Shown here: positions 41,518-52,125 of the stretch, piece by piece
Layout: every line of letters begins with the position of its first letter
Numbering within the stretch: the stretch's first letter is position 1
Program-made: the position numbers and the translations under genes
Notes under the pieces: generated by a model
Told to the model about the DNA's origin: nothing
The model's database searches: none
The model's input: only the letters and a program-made list of their open reading frames with translations
From: an uncultured Acidobacteriota bacterium
GTDB taxonomy: Bacteria; Acidobacteriota; Thermoanaerobaculia; Multivoradales; UBA5704
Length of the DNA stretch: 64,000 bases
Direction: 5' to 3'
NCBI GenBank assembly: GCA_963770895.1
Contig: CAVYRF010000002.1
Location: forward strand, 1,216,001 to 1,280,000

Positions 41518-42563
41518 GACTCACCTCCGGGCAGGATGGGCGTATCGATGAGATAGCGGTAGACCGCCTCGACGTCGGCGTCGGCCGGCGTCACCGAATC
41601 GACCCGCAGCTGCTGCTCGACCACCACGCGGTTCAGCATCTGGTAGAAGCTGGCGGCGTCGCGGGTGCGCAGCAGCAGGCCGTGCCCGCCGACCCCTCCC
41701 ACCCCGCCGATCAACCGCGCCTCGACCACGTGATCCTCCGCGAAGGCGCGCGCCGCCAGCAGCTGCGGCCGGTCGCAGCGGATCAGCACCTGCGCCGGAT
41801 GCTCGGCGTCCATGCCGTCGCGCACCTCCGCGATGTCGCCTTCGGCCACCACGTAGCCGCCGTTGAGCATCACCACCTGGTCGGAGATGAGGTTGACCTC
41901 GTGCAGGATGTGGCTGGAGACGACCACGTGCAGGCCGCTTGCCGCCACCTCGCGCAGCAGCGCGATGAGCTCGGCGCGCGCCATCGGGTCCAGGCCGTTG
42001 AGCGGCTCGTCCAGGATCAGCACCTGCGGCCGGTGGGCCAGCGCCTGGGCCAGCTTGACCCGCTGCCGCATGCCCTTGCTGTAGCCGGCGATCTTGCGGC
42101 CGCCGGCCTCGCTCAGGCCGACGCGCGCCAGCGCCTGGTCCGCCAGGGCGGCGGCCTGCCGCGCGTCGCAGCCGTGCACCCGCAGCAGCGACTCGATCAT
42201 CTGGTAGCCGGTGAGCCCGGCGGGAAACGAGTCGAACTGCGTGGCGTAGCCGACCAGGCGCAGCAGCGCCTCGGGATCGTCGGGGCGCACCCCGAGCACG
42301 CGCACCGTGCCGCGGCTGGGAGCGAGCAGGCCGGCCATCAGGTTCATCAGCGTGGTCTTGCCCGAACCGTTGGGCCCCACCAGGCTGGTGATGCCGGGCG
42401 GGATCGACAGGTCGACGCGGTTGACGCCCAGCACCTCGCCGTAGAATTTGGAGACGTTGTCGAAGACGATCCGGTCCTGGCCGGCCACCGAGCCCGCATG
42501 GCCCCCCTGGCTCGCCTGGCGCTGATCCTTCGCGTCGTCCGCATGCCCCCGAGCGGCGCTCAT
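41514..42563 (-). CDS. ABC transporter ATP-binding protein
   Basis: GPNGSGKT, YSKGMRQR, LILDEP, SSH; ATGA overlaps at both ends. Confidence 0.93.
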   Translation of the reverse strand: MSAARGHADDAKDQRQASQGGHAGSVAGQDRIVFDNVSKFYGEVLGVNRVDLSIPPGITSLVGPNGSGKTTLMNLMAGLLAPSRGTVRVLGVRPDDPEALLRLVGYATQFDSFPAGLTGYQMIESLLRVHGCDARQAAALADQALARVGLSEAGGRKIAGYSKGMRQRVKLAQALAHRPQVLILDEPLNGLDPMARAELIALLREVAASGLHVVVSSHILHEVNLISDQVVMLNGGYVVAEGDIAEVRDGMDAEHPAQVLIRCDRPQLLAARAFAEDHVVEARLIGGVGGVGGHGLLLRTRDAASFYQMLNRVVVEQQLRVDSVTPADADVEAVYRYLIDTPILPGGES

Positions 42564-43429
42564 CGCACCACCTCGTAGGCGCGCAGCCGCCGCCACAGCA
42601 GCGCCATGCAGACGCCCGTCCCGGCGATCAGCGCCACCCATGCGGCGCCGACCGGCAGCTGCGTCGGCAGGTCCAGGCCGAAGAGGCCCGCCCAGATGGT
42701 TTCGATCACCTGCCACACGCTGAGCATCCCTCCCCACCAGGTGCCCAGGGCCAGCTCCAGGATGTGGGCGAAGGCCTGCATCACGAACAGCAGGATGATC
42801 AGGACGATGCGCGCCAGCGGCTTCCATTTCACCCACGCCGACACCGCCAGGGCCAGGAGCGACAGCGAGACGATCCACACCGCGCTGCCGGCCAGCAGCG
42901 CCGCTCCCAGGCGCAGGTGGGTGCCGAACCAGCCGCCGCCTTCCAGGTAGGCCTGCAGCAGAAACAGCGCCAGGCCCGGCACCCAGGTGATCGCCGACAT
43001 GAGGAGCGCCAGCACCGACAGCTTCCCCAGCACGTAGGAGGGGCGCGTGATCGGCCGCGACAGGTAGAGCGCCAGGCCGTTGTTGCGCAGGTCGGGCGAG
43101 ATCAGCGCCGGCGCCACGGCAACCGCCACCAGGAAGGCGCAAAAGCCGGTGATCTGCAGCACCGGCGCAAAGAAATGGCCGTCGATCGGCAGCGACTGCT
43201 GGATCTTCTCCGGCGGCAGGCCGATCACCGCCAGCGCCGCCAGGTTGTGGCGCAGGTAGATCATGATCAGGCCCACGAACGACGGCAGGAAGCAGAGCAG
43301 GTAGAAGCTGAGAAACATGCGGCTGCGAAAGACGTCCATCAAGGCATAGCGCGGCACCACCCAAAAGCGCGCCGCGGGGCCGGAGAGCGGCCCCTGGTAA
43401 CGCCGCCAGGTGCGCTCATGGACGGCCAT
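42560..43429 (-). CDS. ABC transporter permease
   Basis: Multiple TM helices; [24 protein letters not shown]. Confidence 0.85.
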   Translation of the reverse strand: MAVHERTWRRYQGPLSGPAARFWVVPRYALMDVFRSRMFLSFYLLCFLPSFVGLIMIYLRHNLAALAVIGLPPEKIQQSLPIDGHFFAPVLQITGFCAFLVAVAVAPALISPDLRNNGLALYLSRPITRPSYVLGKLSVLALLMSAITWVPGLALFLLQAYLEGGGWFGTHLRLGAALLAGSAVWIVSLSLLALAVSAWVKWKPLARIVLIILLFVMQAFAHILELALGTWWGGMLSVWQVIETIWAGLFGLDLPTQLPVGAAWVALIAGTGVCMALLWRRLRAYEVVR

Positions 43430-44507
43430 CGGCGTCCCCTTCCATGGCCTTCAAGAAGATGTCCTCCAGAGAATCCCGCTTGTAGTCGAGGCGCCGGATC
43501 TGCAGCTGCGCGCCGGCCGCCAGGCGGAACATGTCCGCCACCTCGACCCCTTCGGGCAGCACCAGCTTGAGGCGATGGCGCGCCCCGGCGGCGGTCTCGC
43601 AGCCGATCCCGGCCGCCATCCGGGCGAACTCCGGCCCCGCCATGGCGCCGTCCGCGGTGCGCACTTCCAGCTCCAGCAGCCGCTTGTTGGCGCGCCGCTC
43701 TTCGTCGAGGTTGGCGTACACCGCCACCTGGCCGTCCTTGAGCACCAGGACCTCTTCGCAGCACTCCTCGACGTCGCGCAGCAGGTGCGACGAAAGGATC
43801 AGGCGCGCCTGACCGCTGTCGCGGATGCCGCGGATCAGGTCCAGCATGCGCCGGCGCGCGGGCGGGTCCAGGCCGTTGGTGGGTTCGTCCAGGAACAGCA
43901 GGCGCGGACCGTGGGCGATGGCCTGGGCCAGCTTGGCCAGCTGCTTCATGCCCAGCGAATAGCTTTCGACCGGGCGGTAGCGGGCTTCCCCCAGGCCGAC
44001 GAAGAACAGCGCTTCGTGCGCCCGTTCGAGCGCCGCCGGCGCCGGCAGCCCGGACAGTTCCGCCATCAGGCAGACGAAGCGCACACCGGACAGGCCGGCG
44101 ATGAACGAATCGCGCTCGGGCATGTACCCCATCTCGGCGCGGATCGCCGCCGGCTCGCTGAGGATGTCGCGGCCCAGGACGCGCGCCGTGCCGGACGCCG
44201 GCGCGTGAAAGCCCAGCAGGGTGTGGAGCAGCGTCGTCTTGCCGGCGCCGTTCGGTCCCAGCAGGCCGATGCACCGGCCGGTGAGCGACGCCGAAAGGCC
44301 GCGCAGCACCGGCCGGCCGCCGAGCGCGACGGTGAGACGGTCGAGCTCGACGACCGGCGGGGAGGGAGGGGCGGGAGGGGTCGTCGAAGCCGGGGCGGTC
44401 GCCGGTGACGGGACCGGCGGCCCTGGAAGGGTCGCCGGAGTGGCCGAGGCCGGCGAGCCCGCCGGTGGGGACGCGTGGGGCAGCTGCTGGGGCTCGACCG
44501 GTTGCAT
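43416..44507 (-). CDS. ABC transporter ATP-binding protein
   Basis: [29 protein letters not shown]; Pro-rich N-terminus, start uncertain. Confidence 0.9.
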   Translation of the reverse strand: MQPVEPQQLPHASPPAGSPASATPATLPGPPVPSPATAPASTTPPAPPSPPVVELDRLTVALGGRPVLRGLSASLTGRCIGLLGPNGAGKTTLLHTLLGFHAPASGTARVLGRDILSEPAAIRAEMGYMPERDSFIAGLSGVRFVCLMAELSGLPAPAALERAHEALFFVGLGEARYRPVESYSLGMKQLAKLAQAIAHGPRLLFLDEPTNGLDPPARRRMLDLIRGIRDSGQARLILSSHLLRDVEECCEEVLVLKDGQVAVYANLDEERRANKRLLELEVRTADGAMAGPEFARMAAGIGCETAAGARHRLKLVLPEGVEVADMFRLAAGAQLQIRRLDYKRDSLEDIFLKAMEGDADGRP

Positions 44508-44589
44508 GGCGTCAGCGTTTCCTGGTTGCCGTCGGTTTGGTTGCGCTCGCTGCCCGTGTCTCGATTGCCGATGGGAACGTGGCGGCAGC

Positions 44590-47500
44590 CTAGACGCTGC
44601 CGGGCACCTGCTGGATGCCGGCACCGGCGCCGGCCTGGTGAGACCGGCCCGCCTTGCTGGCGGCGGCGCCGTGGGCGCTGTCGATCCGTCCGAGCACCCC
44701 GCCGAAGCCCGCCAGCACCGCCAGGTTGCGCCCCAGGGGGCCCCCCTGCCCATGGCCGGCGATGACGATGCGGTCGGTTTCGCCATAGGCGTACAGCAGC
44801 GACGGGCCGCTGACCATGCCGGCCAGCAAGCCGCGGAACGACGGCGGTACTGGCGGCGACGGCGGCGACGGCACGCCGGTGGCGCGTTGGCCGGGGGAGC
44901 CGGCGGCGGCGCCCTCCGACCCGGCGCCGGCGCCCATGGCGGCGCCGAGCGAACCCATGAGCGGCGCCAGGTTCTGGTAGAAGAGCGCCGACACGTTGAC
45001 CTGGCCGTCGCGGCCGAGCAGGTTCTTCAACCCCGCGGCGGTGGCAAGGGTGGTGCCGGCGGCGCGCTGCGCCAGCGCCGCCGCCACCAGCGCGCGCGTC
45101 GGAGCCGCCACCAGGTAGCCGTCGGCATAGACGTAGCACAGCGAGATCTGCGGCTGCGAGGAGCTGATGGTGTACCACGTCTGACCGCCCGAGCTGTCCT
45201 GGGCCAGGGTGACGCCGGGGCGCCCCTGCGCGATCAGGTCGGCGTTGAGCTGCGTCACCGCGCCGGCAACCGTCTGCTGCAAGCGCACCGGGTCGTACAC
45301 CTCCACCACCAGCTTCCAGGACGGCGTGGGCAAGACCGGCCCGTCCATGCCCAGGGCGATCTCGCCGCCGAGCGGCGCCGCCAGGTCGTCACGCAGGTTG
45401 AAGCCGTGCTGGGCTTCGGCCTTGGCCAGGTTGGCCGCCATCTCGGGAGACAGGGCGAGCAGTTCGTCGAGCAGGTCCACCGGGCTCTTTACGACGAACG
45501 CGGCGACCAGGTTTGCGTCGGCCGAAAAGAAGCCCAGGCTGCCCATCGGCGCCGGCGCCGCCAGCCACGAGGCGATGCCGCGCCGCGACTGGCTGAAGGT
45601 GAGCGCGGCGCGCAGATCCGAGGCGCCGCCGTTGCCGCCGTCCGCCGCCGCTGCCGCGCCCGGCGCAGCGGAGTTGTGGCGTTCGACGATGAAGTCCTGC
45701 AGATCGGCAAGTCCCATCGCCGCCATGCGCTGCGCCGCCACCGAGGTCCGGGAGGAGGCGCTGGCCGCCATCAGCTGCTGCAGGTCGACGCCGAACAGCC
45801 AGCCCGCCCCGTCGCTGTACGCCTGCGTCATGCGGGCATGGAAGGCCGACGAGACGAACGGATTGAAGGCGCCGCTTTGCACGTTGGCGACCACCGTCGC
45901 GATCTGCGCCGGGCTGGGCGAAGCCACCAGCAGGCCCTGGCCGACCCACACCGAAACCGCCGAAACCTTGCCGCCGGCCGGCGGTGCGGCCGGCTGGCCG
46001 GCCGCCGGGAGCTGCGACAGCAGCACCAGCGCGGTACGCCCCAGGCGCTGGTTGATGGCGGCGATCTGTTGCGTCAGGGTGGCGCGCAACGCCGCCTCCT
46101 GGCTGGTTTCGGCCAGCAGCACCACGGACGAAGCCGCGGCGGCCGCCGCGCTGCCGGCGCTACCGGCGCCGCCCGAATTGCCCGCACTGCCAGCAGGGGT
46201 CGAGCTGCCGCCGCTGCCGGCGCTGATCACCACTTCGTTGCCCAGGTAGCCGCCGACGTCGCCGATCTGCTGCACCAGCTGGTTGAGCTGTGCCTGGGCC
46301 GCCGGCGATCCCAGAACCTGGTTCCACCACTGCGCCAAAACCGGGTCGTCGGCCAGCCGCTGCTCCAGCAGCTGCTGCGCCTGCACCAGGTTGGCGCTCA
46401 CGTTGGGCAGCGAGATGTAGAACTGCGTCCCCGCCGGCACCAGGTCCAGCAGCCGGCTGGTGGTGCGCAGCGCCGGCGCCGCGATCTGGCCGTCGATCTG
46501 GCGGCCCGCGGCGGTGATCGCGGGCAGCGCGGCCAGCAGGGCGTTGTAGCGCTGCGCATCGCGGCTCCAGGACACCTCCTGGGCAACCGGCACGGCGGTG
46601 ACGCTGGCGCGGGTGGTCACCTGCTGACCGGGGTCGAGCACGCTGACCGCCGGCACGATGGCCCGGTGATCTCCAGGAGCGCCGGGAGCGCCGAAGGCGC
46701 CAAGGTCGGAGGGAGAGGCCGGCGCCGATCGTTCGACGCGCACCTGCCCCTGGATGACCGACACCCGCGATCCCCGGATGCCGTGGTTGACGGCGAAGAT
46801 GGTGCCGGTCACCGCCACGCGGCAATCGGCGGTGGTGACGTACAGATGGTGGGGGCGTTGGTGGGCGGCCTGGACGATGATGCGGCCGTGATCCAGCTCG
46901 ATGGTGTTGCCGCCGCGGCCCTGGGACAGCGACAGACCGGCGCGCTCGGCCATTTCGATGCGCGAACCGTCGGTCATGCGCAGCACCGCGTGCGACGTCT
47001 TGGCGGTGCGCAGCTGCTCGCCGGCGGTGACCACGTCACCGTTGACGACCGGCACGCTGGTCGCTCCCTGCACCCGGTACATGCGCCCGTCGACGGCTTC
47101 GACGCTGGCCATGCGCGCCGGTGCGGCACCCCACGGCCCGGCGGTGAAGGCCCAGGTCAATGCCAATCCCAGGCCCGCCACCAGCAGCGCCGCGAGCGGC
47201 AGCCAGCGCCGCGCCGGCGAGGCGCCCGGCCCGAGCGCCGGAGGCGCGCCCCAGGCAGGCGACGACCAGACCGGGGCGTCGCCCTCCCCCAGCGCGGCAT
47301 CGGGAAAGTTGGCCGCTGCGCCGGCCTCCCTGGAAGCATCGTGCGCGATGCGTCCCTGGCGAGCGGTGGCGAGCGCTCGCCGGCAGGGGATGCACTCCCG
47401 CGCATGGTCTTCGACCAGCGCCCGGCGCGCCGCGGTCAACCCGCCCTGCAGGTAGACGGGGATGTCGCGCCCCAGGTCGCTGCCGCAGCCGGTCAGGCCG

Positions 47501-47643
47501 GCGGCGGCGGCGGCCGTCAGCCGCTGCCAGACCCGCTGCGCCGACGCCTCGACATCGTGGTCGTCCAGCCGATCGGCGAGCACTTCCGCCACCGCAAGAT
47601 TGAGAGGGGTCTGCTTGGAGTCTTCGTTGGTAAAGCGGCTCAT
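44590..47643 (-). CDS. Large anti-sigma factor: zinc finger (HxxxCxxC), TM helix, FecR domain and large periplasmic domain
   Basis: [11 protein letters not shown] helix, DGSRIEM...[10 protein letters not shown]...[10 protein letters not shown] (FecR); ATGA overlap with the sigma gene. Confidence 0.82.
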   Translation of the reverse strand: MSRFTNEDSKQTPLNLAVAEVLADRLDDHDVEASAQRVWQRLTAAAAAGLTGCGSDLGRDIPVYLQGGLTAARRALVEDHARECIPCRRALATARQGRIAHDASREAGAAANFPDAALGEGDAPVWSSPAWGAPPALGPGASPARRWLPLAALLVAGLGLALTWAFTAGPWGAAPARMASVEAVDGRMYRVQGATSVPVVNGDVVTAGEQLRTAKTSHAVLRMTDGSRIEMAERAGLSLSQGRGGNTIELDHGRIIVQAAHQRPHHLYVTTADCRVAVTGTIFAVNHGIRGSRVSVIQGQVRVERSAPASPSDLGAFGAPGAPGDHRAIVPAVSVLDPGQQVTTRASVTAVPVAQEVSWSRDAQRYNALLAALPAITAAGRQIDGQIAAPALRTTSRLLDLVPAGTQFYISLPNVSANLVQAQQLLEQRLADDPVLAQWWNQVLGSPAAQAQLNQLVQQIGDVGGYLGNEVVISAGSGGSSTPAGSAGNSGGAGSAGSAAAAAASSVVLLAETSQEAALRATLTQQIAAINQRLGRTALVLLSQLPAAGQPAAPPAGGKVSAVSVWVGQGLLVASPSPAQIATVVANVQSGAFNPFVSSAFHARMTQAYSDGAGWLFGVDLQQLMAASASSRTSVAAQRMAAMGLADLQDFIVERHNSAAPGAAAAADGGNGGASDLRAALTFSQSRRGIASWLAAPAPMGSLGFFSADANLVAAFVVKSPVDLLDELLALSPEMAANLAKAEAQHGFNLRDDLAAPLGGEIALGMDGPVLPTPSWKLVVEVYDPVRLQQTVAGAVTQLNADLIAQGRPGVTLAQDSSGGQTWYTISSSQPQISLCYVYADGYLVAAPTRALVAAALAQRAAGTTLATAAGLKNLLGRDGQVNVSALFYQNLAPLMGSLGAAMGAGAGSEGAAAGSPGQRATGVPSPPSPPVPPSFRGLLAGMVSGPSLLYAYGETDRIVIAGHGQGGPLGRNLAVLAGFGGVLGRIDSAHGAAASKAGRSHQAGAGAGIQQVPGSV

Positions 47644-48218
47644 GACCTGTCTCCTTGCCACGACTGCAGCTCACCCTGGAGCCGGCGACGCGCGCGGTGC
47701 AAGATAACGGCGATCGCGGTCTGCGTGCTGCCCAGCAGGCGTGCGATCTCCAGGTTGCCCATCCCTTCGAGGTAACGCAGCGCGAAGATCTCCGCCTGGC
47801 GCGGCGGCAGCTGCGACAGCGCCGCGCGCAGGCGGCGGCTGAGCTCGCGGTTGCGGCTGGCGTGCTCGGGGCCGCGCTGGCCCCCGTCGACAAGATCCGT
47901 TTCCACGTCGTCCAGCGCCACGGTGCGGGCGCGGCGGCGCGAGCGCAGCAGGTCGAGCGCGGCGTTGACCGCCGCGCGGTGCAGATAGCTGGCCGCCGTC
48001 TCCTCCAACACGATCGGGCCGTCTTGAGGCCGGCGGCGAATCAGGCGGGTGAAGACGGTCTGCAGCACGTCCTCGGCATCCATGGCGTTGCCGGTGACGC
48101 GGTACGCCGCCCGCAGCACCGCCGCGTGATGTCTGGAGAAGATTGCTTCGAGGCCGCTCGATGAGCCGCCGCTTGGGGCGGGCAGCGCGGCGATACTTTC
48201 GCGGGCAACGGCTGGCAC
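47640..48218 (-). CDS. ECF sigma-70 factor
   Basis: AYRVTGNAMDAEDVLQTVF, YLHRAAVNAALDLLR, LPPRQAEIFALRY...EIARLLG. AAGGAGG precedes GTG at 48218. Confidence 0.92.
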   Translation of the reverse strand: MPAVARESIAALPAPSGGSSSGLEAIFSRHHAAVLRAAYRVTGNAMDAEDVLQTVFTRLIRRRPQDGPIVLEETAASYLHRAAVNAALDLLRSRRRARTVALDDVETDLVDGGQRGPEHASRNRELSRRLRAALSQLPPRQAEIFALRYLEGMGNLEIARLLGSTQTAIAVILHRARRRLQGELQSWQGDRS

Positions 48219-48289
48219 GGGTTCGTCCCTCCTTGGAACGTCGGCGACCCGCTGGGCGGCCGCGGCGTCCTCGATGTCCTCAGACAAGG

Positions 48290-48315
48290 AACGATCCTGT
48301 GGCGCAATTCTTACA
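48290..48315 (-). promoter_or_regulatory. Candidate ECF-type promoter, TGTAAG-N16-CGTT
   Basis: Minus strand TGTAAG-aattgcgccacaggat-CGTT, about 70 nt upstream of the sigma start. Confidence 0.5.
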
Positions 48316-48362
48316 TGCACTCTGCCGCCGGACGCGCCCCGGCATCCCACCGGGCCGTGGCA

Positions 48363-49613
48363 TCAGGCGTTTTCGACCCGCTGCAGGAACTCGTCGAGCA
48401 CCCGGTTGAACAGCTCGGGCCGGTCCATCATCAGCCAGTGACCGGTGCCGCGCATCAGGTGGACAGGCAGATCCGGCACCAGCGTGTGGAGACTGTAGGG
48501 CAGGCTGTTCATCTCGCTGATCACCGCCAGCTTCGGTCCCCGGTAGGCGGCCAGGGCGGGGATGGGCGAGAAATGGACGCCCCCTTCCACCGCCGCGGCG
48601 ATGGCCTCTTCGTGGGTGAGGCGCAGGTCGTCCATCACCCACCGTGCCGCGTCGCGGTCGCCCCCCATCGCCAGCTGGCGGAAGTACGCCTCCAGCTCGC
48701 GCAGCGGGTCGGCGCGCAGCGCCTCCAGGAAGGGCTCGATCTGCTGGCGCGGGATGCGGGTCTGATCGCCGTTGGGATCGACCAGCAGCAGCCCGGCCAC
48801 CCTGGGGGCGTGCGCCGCGGCATACGCCATCGCCACCGTCGCGCCCAGGCTGTGGCCGACCAGCACAAAGCGCCGCAGCGCAAAGTGATCGGCGACCGCC
48901 GCCACGTCGCCGGCCAGCGCCGCCGGCGCGTAGGGGCCGCCGGGCAAGGCGTCGGGAGCGCCGGACGCGGGATCGGACTCGCCGTGACCGCGCAGATCCA
49001 GGGCCAGGGCGCGCCGGGAGCGCCGCAGGTGGTCGAGCTGCAACGACCACTGGCCGCCGTTGCCGGCCAGGCTGTGGATGAACAGGACCGGCAGGCTGCC
49101 CACCTCGCCGACAGCGCCGACAGCGCCGGCCACGCCGCCGGCACTGGCGGCGCCGGCACCACCGAGGCCGCCGGGGCCGCCGGCGCGCACGAACAGCGTC
49201 CCCGCCGGACCGGCGATCCAGGCCTGCTCCAGGTCGACCGGCGCCCCTGCCGCACCATCGAGATCCGCGGCCGGCTGAGGCTGGTCGAAGCCCTGGTCCT
49301 GGCTCCCCTGCGCCCCCGCGACCCGCCGAGCCGCGCCGTGGCGCGGACGGGCGCCTTCCCGGCCGGCAGCCGCCGGCGGCGCCGCTCCCGCCACACCGGG
49401 CCGGTCGTCGGCGTCGTCGTCGGTGTCGTCGCGCTCCTGGCGCCGGCCGCCAGCAAGCACTGCCGCCGCCGCGCCCACCACCGCCAGCCCGAGGACCGCC
49501 GGCCACAGCAGGCGCCCCCGGCGTCGCCGCCCGCGGGCGCGGCGGCGCCGCCCAGGCTTGGCGCCGCCCGTCGTCGTGGTCGTACCGGTTCCGTCTGGCG
49601 ATGGTGTCCGCAT
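48363..49613 (-). CDS. Alpha/beta fold hydrolase with N-terminal membrane anchor
   Basis: LDLRGHGES, GHSLG nucleophile elbow, GTGHWLMMDRP; TM helix and low-complexity linker at the N-terminus. Confidence 0.85.
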   Translation of the reverse strand: MRTPSPDGTGTTTTTGGAKPGRRRRARGRRRRGRLLWPAVLGLAVVGAAAAVLAGGRRQERDDTDDDADDRPGVAGAAPPAAAGREGARPRHGAARRVAGAQGSQDQGFDQPQPAADLDGAAGAPVDLEQAWIAGPAGTLFVRAGGPGGLGGAGAASAGGVAGAVGAVGEVGSLPVLFIHSLAGNGGQWSLQLDHLRRSRRALALDLRGHGESDPASGAPDALPGGPYAPAALAGDVAAVADHFALRRFVLVGHSLGATVAMAYAAAHAPRVAGLLLVDPNGDQTRIPRQQIEPFLEALRADPLRELEAYFRQLAMGGDRDAARWVMDDLRLTHEEAIAAAVEGGVHFSPIPALAAYRGPKLAVISEMNSLPYSLHTLVPDLPVHLMRGTGHWLMMDRPELFNRVLDEFLQRVENA

Positions 49614-49796
49614 GTTCACCCGGTGTGCTCGAAGCTGGGCTTGCTGCCGCCGAACGCGGGAGGTTTGGCCGCCCTTCCCTGGCCGGCCAGGGCGTCGGCA
49701 AGTTGACATCCCGATGGCGATTCTAGTATCAATCGCGCCTTACGTCCGCAGCCGTGGGCCGACGCCTGGTAACGAGGAAACTCGGGAGGGGTGCCA

Positions 49797-50843
49797 ATGT
49801 CTGTGCCTGAACATCGCCATCGCTGTCCGCCAGACCGCTTCCGGCTGGCTGCGCCGGCGGCTTCCGGTCCCGGTTTCCTGCTGTGCTGCGCCCTGCTGCT
49901 GGTGTTCGGCCTGTGCGGCGGTTTCAGCGCCCAGGCGGCCGAACCCTCCCAGCCGTCTCGCCCCGATCCGCGCGGCAATCTGCCGGCGGCGCCGGCAGCG
50001 GCGCAGGCGGCAACCACCGCCGACACCGCCGATGGCGCCTGCCGCCCGCTGGCCGAGGCGGCGCCTGCCGGCACCTCGCCGGGGGTCGACGGCACCGCCG
50101 GGCTGCTGGCGGGGGCCTTTGCCGGCTTCGCCGACCAGGCGCCCACCGCCGCCGAGCCGCCGCCCGCCGGCGCAACCAGCGCCGCGGGCGCCGCCGACAT
50201 GGCGCCGCAGCTGGTCAACCGCGCCGCCGCGCCTGTCCCGCAGGCGCCCGCCGCCGCGGCCGGCCCGCCAGGAGCGCCCGACCTGGCCACCGCGGTCGCC
50301 GCCGCCGCGCCGCCGGAGCCGCTGCCGGTCCCCTCCCTGGCTTTCGATCCTTCCTTCGGCATCCCCCCCACCCGTTTCGGCAAGCTCATCTACCAGATCG
50401 CCAGCCGCTACGCGCTCAACCCGCTGCTGGTCGCGGCGCTGGTCGAAGCGGAATCGGATTTCAATCCGCGCGCCAGGTCCCGCAAGGGAGCCTGCGGGCT
50501 GATGCAGCTGCTGCCGGCGACCGCCCGCCGCTTCGGCGTGTGGCGTCGCCGCGACCTGTTCAACCCCAAGAAGAACCTGGAAGTGGGCAGCCGTTACCTG
50601 CGTTGGCTGATCGACCGCTTTGGCGCCGACCCCGCGCGCGTGCTGGCCGCCTACAACGCCGGCGAGGGCGCCGTGGACCGCTTCGGCGGCGTGCCGCCGT
50701 TCGCCGAAACGCGCGACTACGTGACGCGCATCTTCGCCGAGCTGGGCTTCTCGGTGCTGCTGGACGCATCGCCCGCGGCGCTGAGCGGGACGGGCGGGGT
50801 CGCCGCTGCCGCCGGTCTCGACGCGGTCAGCGGCACCAAGTAG
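49797..50843 (+). CDS. Lytic transglycosylase (SLT domain)
   Basis: EAESDFNPRARS, GLMQL, AAYNAG, PPFAETRDYV; signal peptide and Ala/Pro linker. Confidence 0.9.
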   Translation: MSVPEHRHRCPPDRFRLAAPAASGPGFLLCCALLLVFGLCGGFSAQAAEPSQPSRPDPRGNLPAAPAAAQAATTADTADGACRPLAEAAPAGTSPGVDGTAGLLAGAFAGFADQAPTAAEPPPAGATSAAGAADMAPQLVNRAAAPVPQAPAAAAGPPGAPDLATAVAAAAPPEPLPVPSLAFDPSFGIPPTRFGKLIYQIASRYALNPLLVAALVEAESDFNPRARSRKGACGLMQLLPATARRFGVWRRRDLFNPKKNLEVGSRYLRWLIDRFGADPARVLAAYNAGEGAVDRFGGVPPFAETRDYVTRIFAELGFSVLLDASPAALSGTGGVAAAAGLDAVSGTK

Positions 50844-50907
50844 CGGTCGCGGTCAATTTCCGGGTTTCCTGGTTTCCGGGCCGCCGGGGAGGCTGGCGCC
50901 GCCCGTT

Positions 50908-52125
50908 TCAGCCGGGACGGCCCTTGGCGGCCAGGGCGTCCTTCCCCTGGGAAGCGCCGCCATGGCCGCCGGAGCGCGACGCGCGGGCGACGGCGGTGAT
51001 CCCCACACGGTGCCAGGCGTTGTTCATGTAGCCCTTGAAATTCCACAGCTGGGCGGGGCTTTCGGGCTGGGTCTGCGCGGCGCTGTCCCAGGCGCGGCAG
51101 ATCAGCTGGTGCCGGCCGGCGCCCAGCGGCACCACGATGCGCCACAGCCGCCATGCCCAGAGTCCCCGCTGCTTGAGGATCTCGGCCGTGCTCCAGCTGG
51201 CGCCGCCGTCGACGGAGACGTCGACACGGGACAGGCGCTTGCCCGCCCCGGCGACGGCAACGCCGCTCACTTCGACCTGGCCGGCGCGCACCGCCTCGCC
51301 TTCGGCTGGCGAGGTGATCAGCGAGTTGAGCGACTGTTCGCCCAGCATCATGCCCCGCTCCCAGCCGGACTCTTCGGTCGGCGCGGTCAGCACGCCGGGA
51401 GGGAACAGGCGGTAGGCGCGCGCCTGAAAGTAGTTGGTGGACGGAGCATCCTGAATGACGATGCTGGACAGCCACTTGACGCTGCGGGCGCCGATGTAGC
51501 CGGGCACCAGGGCGCGCAACGGCGCCCCGTGCTCGGGCGGCAGCGGCTGGCCGTTCATCTCGTAGGCCAGCAGGACTTCCGGCGCCAGCGCCTTGGTGAG
51601 CGGGATGGAGCCGCCGAAATTGAAGCGGTGTCCGTGCCGCTCCGTGTCGTCCAGGGCTTCGAACGCGGCGTGCAGGCCGCCGGCGGCGGGATCGGAGTCG
51701 GAGCCGGAGTCGGAGTCGGGCGCCGGGGCCACCTGCGCCATCGCCAGCACGTCGCTCAGCCGCGCGCCGCCCCAGACGGCGTTGCTCACCGCCTCGGAGC
51801 CCCAGGGGAGCTCACCCGGAATGGGCGCCACCGCGCCCAGCTCGGCGCGGCGGTTGCCGGCGCATGCCAGGGTGGCGGTGACCTCCACCTTGGGCAGCCG
51901 TCGCAGATCGTCCAGGCTGAGCGAAAGCGGGCGGCCGACCAGCCCGCTGACGCTCAGCCGGTGGCTTGCCGGGTCGACCTGCGGCACGTCGCCGTGGTTG
52001 CGGATGAAAAACAGCTCGTTGGGGGTGAGGAAGCTGGCGCCCAGGTGATCCAGGCCAGGGCCCGCGTTGAGCGGGCTCTGCTGGCGGATGATCAGGCCTG
52101 GGTGCGGTGGGCGCTGCTCACTCAT
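50908..52125 (-). CDS. Sulfite oxidase family molybdoenzyme, no signal peptide or heme domain
   Basis: FFIRNHG, ACAGNRR (Mo-ligand Cys), LAYEMNG, HGAPLR, PGYIGARSVKW, WNFKGYMNNAWHR. Confidence 0.88.
   Translation of the reverse strand: MSEQRPPHPGLIIRQQSPLNAGPGLDHLGASFLTPNELFFIRNHGDVPQVDPASHRLSVSGLVGRPLSLSLDDLRRLPKVEVTATLACAGNRRAELGAVAPIPGELPWGSEAVSNAVWGGARLSDVLAMAQVAPAPDSDSGSDSDPAAGGLHAAFEALDDTERHGHRFNFGGSIPLTKALAPEVLLAYEMNGQPLPPEHGAPLRALVPGYIGARSVKWLSSIVIQDAPSTNYFQARAYRLFPPGVLTAPTEESGWERGMMLGEQSLNSLITSPAEGEAVRAGQVEVSGVAVAGAGKRLSRVDVSVDGGASWSTAEILKQRGLWAWRLWRIVVPLGAGRHQLICRAWDSAAQTQPESPAQLWNFKGYMNNAWHRVGITAVARASRSGGHGGASQGKDALAAKGRPG

Noticed and set aside
49740-49796. c-di-AMP (ydaO) or c-di-GMP riboswitch before the SLT gene
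   Set aside because: The region is too short and lacks the consensus elements I know for these classes. It is kept only as a weak unclassified leader.
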